Source of the DNA: Selaginella moellendorffii
Lineage: Eukaryota; Plantae; Lycopodiophyta
Direction: 5' to 3'
DNA: 64,000 nt
Assembly: GCF_000143415.4 (NCBI RefSeq)
Contig: NW_003314268.1
Span: forward strand, 263,117-327,116
Positions 59,218 through 64,000 of this stretch are shown piece after piece. The position numbers and the translations under genes were made by a program. Each line of letters opens with the position of its first letter. Position 1 is the first letter of the stretch. Below the pieces are notes generated by a model. The model did not search any database, was not told the DNA's origin, and saw nothing but the letters and a program-made list of their open reading frames with translations.

Positions 59218-62200
59218 TGTAAGTGATTAAATTTTTCATTTTATTTTAGTCACTTAACCACACCTCCGACCACTTGAAGGAGTCTCATTCACAACCTCCG
59301 TAAGTCATATTTTGGACTTAGGGACTTGCTAGCCCCAAGAATGGCATTCCTGCCACTCAACCATTGCACTTGGTCCAAGTGCTCCACGTGTCTGATCCTA
59401 TGACTGACACCCCAAGGTACCACTGACATATCAGCCCATTACACTAAGGCCATGCTCATTCACCTTGGTCACACTGGTGGCTTGACACCATCTACATCAT
59501 AGTCCTGTCTCTCAAAGACTGGGCCATCCGTCCATAAGTGATCATCCCAGATCCACTCCTTAACATCCTTAGGATGCCCGCAGACATAGGGAATAGCTTT
59601 CCCTATTATCCTTTTTTCGGTCCCCACCAAGTCCCTTTCTACTCATGGCCGTGTTCGTCAACATTGCCATTGGATCAAGTCCCACAGGCCCGACCACTAA
59701 GTCCCACGGTCCTCTAGGGCTTCCTCACCACACAATTGTATCCTTGGTCACTACACCAGAGGACTACTCCTCTTCCTTTCCACAATTTGGGCCTTTGGGA
59801 CAACATTTCAGAACACTGTGGCCCTACGCGAGCCTCATGGGTACTCTCTCCACCTTCCACTTTTGGGTGCTTTAGCCATGAGCTTAGAGCGACGTTCCAT
59901 TAAGCCATGCCAGGTATCCAAGTAGGTAGTGCCATCCATACTTGGACTAGGAGCATCGACCATTCGATCTCCCGAGGGAACTAGAGCCGGCTCACCAAGC
60001 TACCCCACTTGTCAGTTTGTATTCACTATAGTCTTGGACTTTCCAGTGGTCAGCTCATCACCCAACACTAGGCATGGCCTTCCTAGGCCAAACTAGCCTT
60101 TCCTGGCCAAATTGGCTCCACTGGGCTCCAACCCCCCACACTCTCCCTACTATAGTTTTGGAACCCCCCGCAGCCCCCCCCCCCCCCCTCCTGGGGGACG
60201 ATTGCTTTGGGCTTTCACCCAACAGCCTGTATTAGTACTCGGACTTGGACTCAGACTCGGACTCGGACTCGGACTTGAACTCGGACTTGGACTCGGTCTC
60301 AGTCCCGGTCTCGAACTCGGACTCAGACTCGGTCTCGGACTCGGACTCAGACTTTGTCTCGGTCTCGGTCTCAGTCTCGGTTCCATCTCGGGTCCATTTC
60401 GGACTCCATTTCGGACTCCATCTTGGGTCCATCTCGGACTCCATCTCGGACTCTATCTCGGATTCATCTCGAACTCCATCTCGGACTCCATCTCGGGTCC
60501 ATCTCGGGTCCCTTTTTGGAGCCTCGCTTATTGCTCGCTCCGTGTTCATTCCTCGAGCACTTTGTTGGGAGTTCCACTCCCGATCTCAACCTTTTAAGTC
60601 GGAGCTTTTAGTCCAAATGTGTTATGCTCGTTTGGCTTTCGCTTCAGCCATTACCACGTGGCACCCTTTCGGCTCCACTTTAAGGCTTAGGGATTTTGTG
60701 TCTCACAACTCCACCACCCATAAACGAAGTCCGATGTCCTCATCAAATGATAAACTATTTTATAAAGTAATACCAATATATATTACCCTTTCCATTCTTG
60801 GCATCTCACCAATATTCGTCAATGGTTTGATACCGAAGGCTCACCATGCTTTGTCCATCCTCTAAGGAGCATAGTCTTTTCAACTTAGACACTGGATCAC
60901 TTGTGGTGGTTCTCTCCTTTTGTTGGTTTAGTTCTCGCTAAACCTATTATAGATGCCGTCTCTATCTCAATCCCACTACTCCTTCTTGAATAGTCTTAAT
61001 TTCCATTGATATAACCTTTACACTTTGGAACTTTTACTTTTGACTTCTCAAAGTCAATTTCCTAGGTGTCTCCAACACTTTGCATTGCACATATTGTGCA
61101 ACTCCACTTCCTCATCCTAGAAAGTTCTCTACTTAAGGGCACCATCATCCTCTTTTCTATTTCGTACCACCTTGAGCACTAAGTTTTAGTTATCATAATT
61201 TGTGCTAAGGATGTTCATGGCCCTATTATTTGGCTACCTTACCGCTCTCTGCTTTAGAGCTTCCACTTTCGCCAAATCGGAGCAATTGGGAATCCATCCT
61301 TAGAAACACATTGCTTTTCCCACAATTTGTTAGCACCTAACACATTAATGTTCTTTGGCCTAACTTTGCTTTTTTGGATTCTTTCCCATGATTCTTATAG
61401 CTCTTTTTTTAGCCACTAGTCTTTTGCTGCTATCCTTGATTGTTGCACCCAACAACATCGGATCACTACTTCTATTCTTGAGATATTCTTTCGGTTCCAT
61501 AGCAAAGACTTTGCTTTGCCAAGTCCAGAGGGTGTTCACCCTTAGTACGTCTCTTTAGCATTTTCCACTATAGGCTCTATCCCTAACCCAACTTTATGAC
61601 TCTCCCATGGGTTTCTTATAGAAATTACTTTCTTCGGACTCACTATGCTATCGCATTGTCACAGATCATTTCCCTTAGGTGTTCTTCCCACTTGGTCACT
61701 TTGACCAAGCCACACCATTATCAATAGTTCAAATTAACACTTTGAACTATGAACTTTATCCTTTTAACTTCACAAGGACTTTGTCCTTGTTTTAGCCATA
61801 AGATCACCTAGTGATCTAATCTTGGCTCCTTACAGGTTTGCCAATAGGTATTAAATCTTCCAGACCTTTAAGTTGTTCACCATCAACCCTGGGGGCATCC
61901 TCCACACTTGGCGGTGCACCCAAGCCAGCCCTTTTAGCTAAGGGTCCATAGCAACTGAGACTGGGTGTCCCCATCTTGTTCACCATGTCCTTGGTGCCAC
62001 TCACACCAAAGTGTTCAAATTAGATATGCTGAGCCACACTAGGCAATCTAACTGTGCATCATGACTCCAGGGCATCCCCCGCTTGGCGGTGTGCCCAAGC
62101 CAGTCTCTTTACTGAGAGTCCATGACCACCGAAAAATGAGTGTCCTCATATTTCAAACCATCACCTCGCCCTAGTGAGTTGGGACTCAAACCCAAGCACT

Positions 62201-64000
62201 AGAGGGTCGAGACTCGAACCCAACCTCTGTATATGCATCTACAGAAGGCATCAGGCATGACTCCCCATGCTAGTGCACCAACTTATACTCAAAACACGTT
62301 AAAGATCACAACTTAGGAACCTAGTTCCTTCGCACTGCCAAGTCCTCTCACTTGACAAGTTTATGATCATGTATGGACTCCTCCATATTTGGCCCCACGG
62401 GCCACCCCTTTGAAGTTGGCTCCTTCAACTAGGGTATTTGTTCCCTTGACTTGTCAATCTTAGTTAACAGGTCATCTGACCACCGTAACATGGTTCATGT
62501 ATAAGCGTGAAAGTCCTTAACCATCGACTTTTGTTCAAAGCCCTCTCTTTGAACACTTAGGAACTACTTCCCTAATCTTGATAGCCTCGCCTCTTGGCAA
62601 GCTTCAAGACCACGCTTCTGCTGCGCCACTCTAATTTTGCGCGCTCTATGAACCATTTGCACTTGGCTTCCTAGGTATTAAGCTACATAGAATTGTCTTT
62701 GGGAACTTTTGAAGGAACTTTGTCCCTTAGTTTGCTAAGGCCTCTCCTTTTGCAAGCTTTTAAATTGCCATATGGTCTAACATGGATAATTCCATGCTTT
62801 AAACTCTTTATGGCATCATGGTTGCTAAAAACAACATACTTGAGCACCCACTTGATTCTCCACTCCCAACTGGCATAACCACCCTTGGTTATGCAATTCA
62901 ATTTTTATAGTTTGGTTCTATCTCCTTACTACTTGCCTCTAGCCTCACACCTTTCCTTCAGTTATTCTCCTCCAGACTAGGAGGATAGCTTTGCACTTTT
63001 TACTATGCCGTAACAAGTATTCTTAGGGATGAACTTACCCGATAGCTTAGGGAGTGGTTCCTCAATCCAGGTATGCTCAACTTATAATCCCACACACCAG
63101 GATTAATGTTGCTATTTATAGGCTTTTATATACCCATCACTAGCCTTGCCAAAATTCCATTTTGGCTTTATCCAATTTGGGTAGACAGTTTTCTTCTGTC
63201 TTTGCAACCTTGGACGTTTGGATAGCACCTTCTATTCATCATTCGCTAGGGACTTAATCCCTTGGGCCTTATCTATTGCCCTCGGGACACTAAACACCAC
63301 CTCCTGGTGTTTTAGAGTGTTTGGGTGTCTCAATGATGGCTTCTTTGATAATAAGCATTTCCTTTTATGACATTGACTCACTATATCGCAACATAAGCAA
63401 TTTATCCCCTGTAAGGGTATATCTAACTTTTTTATGCCATTAAGAAGTCTTAAGTAGCCATATTCTACCTGTTTAATCAATTATCTTGCATCTCTTGCTT
63501 AATTGCCTCATAGTTGTCAAGTCCTATAACTCATTGCTTGGTGCTTCCACACCTCCATCATTATCTAGGTCACCACACTCCAACCGCATGCTTTCCAACT
63601 TAGGCTATGCTTTCCTATTTCCATTAGGATTCCTTTGGGAAGGGGTTTTCGTGAACTTGCCAACTTCATCTAAGCTCTATTTCGTTAAAGTGGGAATTGT
63701 CATTATCCCACTTGTAAAATAAGGTTTCCAAACCTTTATATAGTATATAAATATAACAAAATTCAACTGCATTGAGGCACATGCCATTTTATTTTAAACA
63801 AGGAAATGTCTACTCAATCACTTCTCACTGCTTCACCTCTCTCTTCTCCTTGTCATCGTCGTCCAATTTCTTTCCATCCTTTTAATATTGGCTCAGTTGC
63901 TCCGAGTCTAGGTGGAGCCCAAGTCCCCATTCAATCTTTACTTTCCCCTTATTAATAAAACAACTTCGTAGACTTCCAATAACATGCTGTAACACTTCTA
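59218..64000 (-). mobile_element. Degenerate LTR retrotransposon: 3' LTR 59218-60707 plus internal region running off the window
   Basis: On the minus strand the LTR reads TGTGAGACAC..CACTTACA, preceded by TATGGGTGGTGGAGT as in the intact element; shares the hexamer array, GGGTGAAAGCCCAAAGC, poly-G and the 3'-UTR hairpin module; no intact pol ORF. Confidence 0.82.

Noticed and set aside
62300-64000. Possible gag/pol or extra ORF in the terminal LTR element
   Set aside because: Too degenerate to assign domains by eye.

Overview
Eukaryotic plant genomic DNA. The ~50-70 nt introns, extreme gene compaction and PPR proteins built from long 31-aa (SS-type) repeat arrays point to a lycophyte such as Selaginella (inference). 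Layout: 3' end of an AP-1 gamma-adaptin gene and an oligopeptidase A pseudogene (1-4.6 kb); a nest of LTR retrotransposons (5-21 kb); AT-rich repeats around an intronless nuclease-like/pseudokinase ORF (23-30 kb); a dense gene island (31-57 kb: LTP-like protein, plastid L29, SEC31, two tRNAs, F-box, two PPRs, GT47, UGT, HCF136, a 3.2 kb inverted repeat, an orphan mitochondrial-type ORF, NudC); and a degenerate LTR element (59-64 kb). The standout is a young, structurally intact Ty3/gypsy chromovirus (6461-13995) whose integrase is split by two clean GT-AG introns; unspliced RNA would give an integrase lacking its catalytic Glu. Two further candidate introns would remove the primer-binding site and create a Gag-only mRNA, suggesting that splicing separates replicable genomic RNA from mRNAs. 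Its 3' UTR also carries tandem tRNA T-arm/B-box hairpins conserved in a second family. All coordinates and alignments were read by eye; no searches were run.
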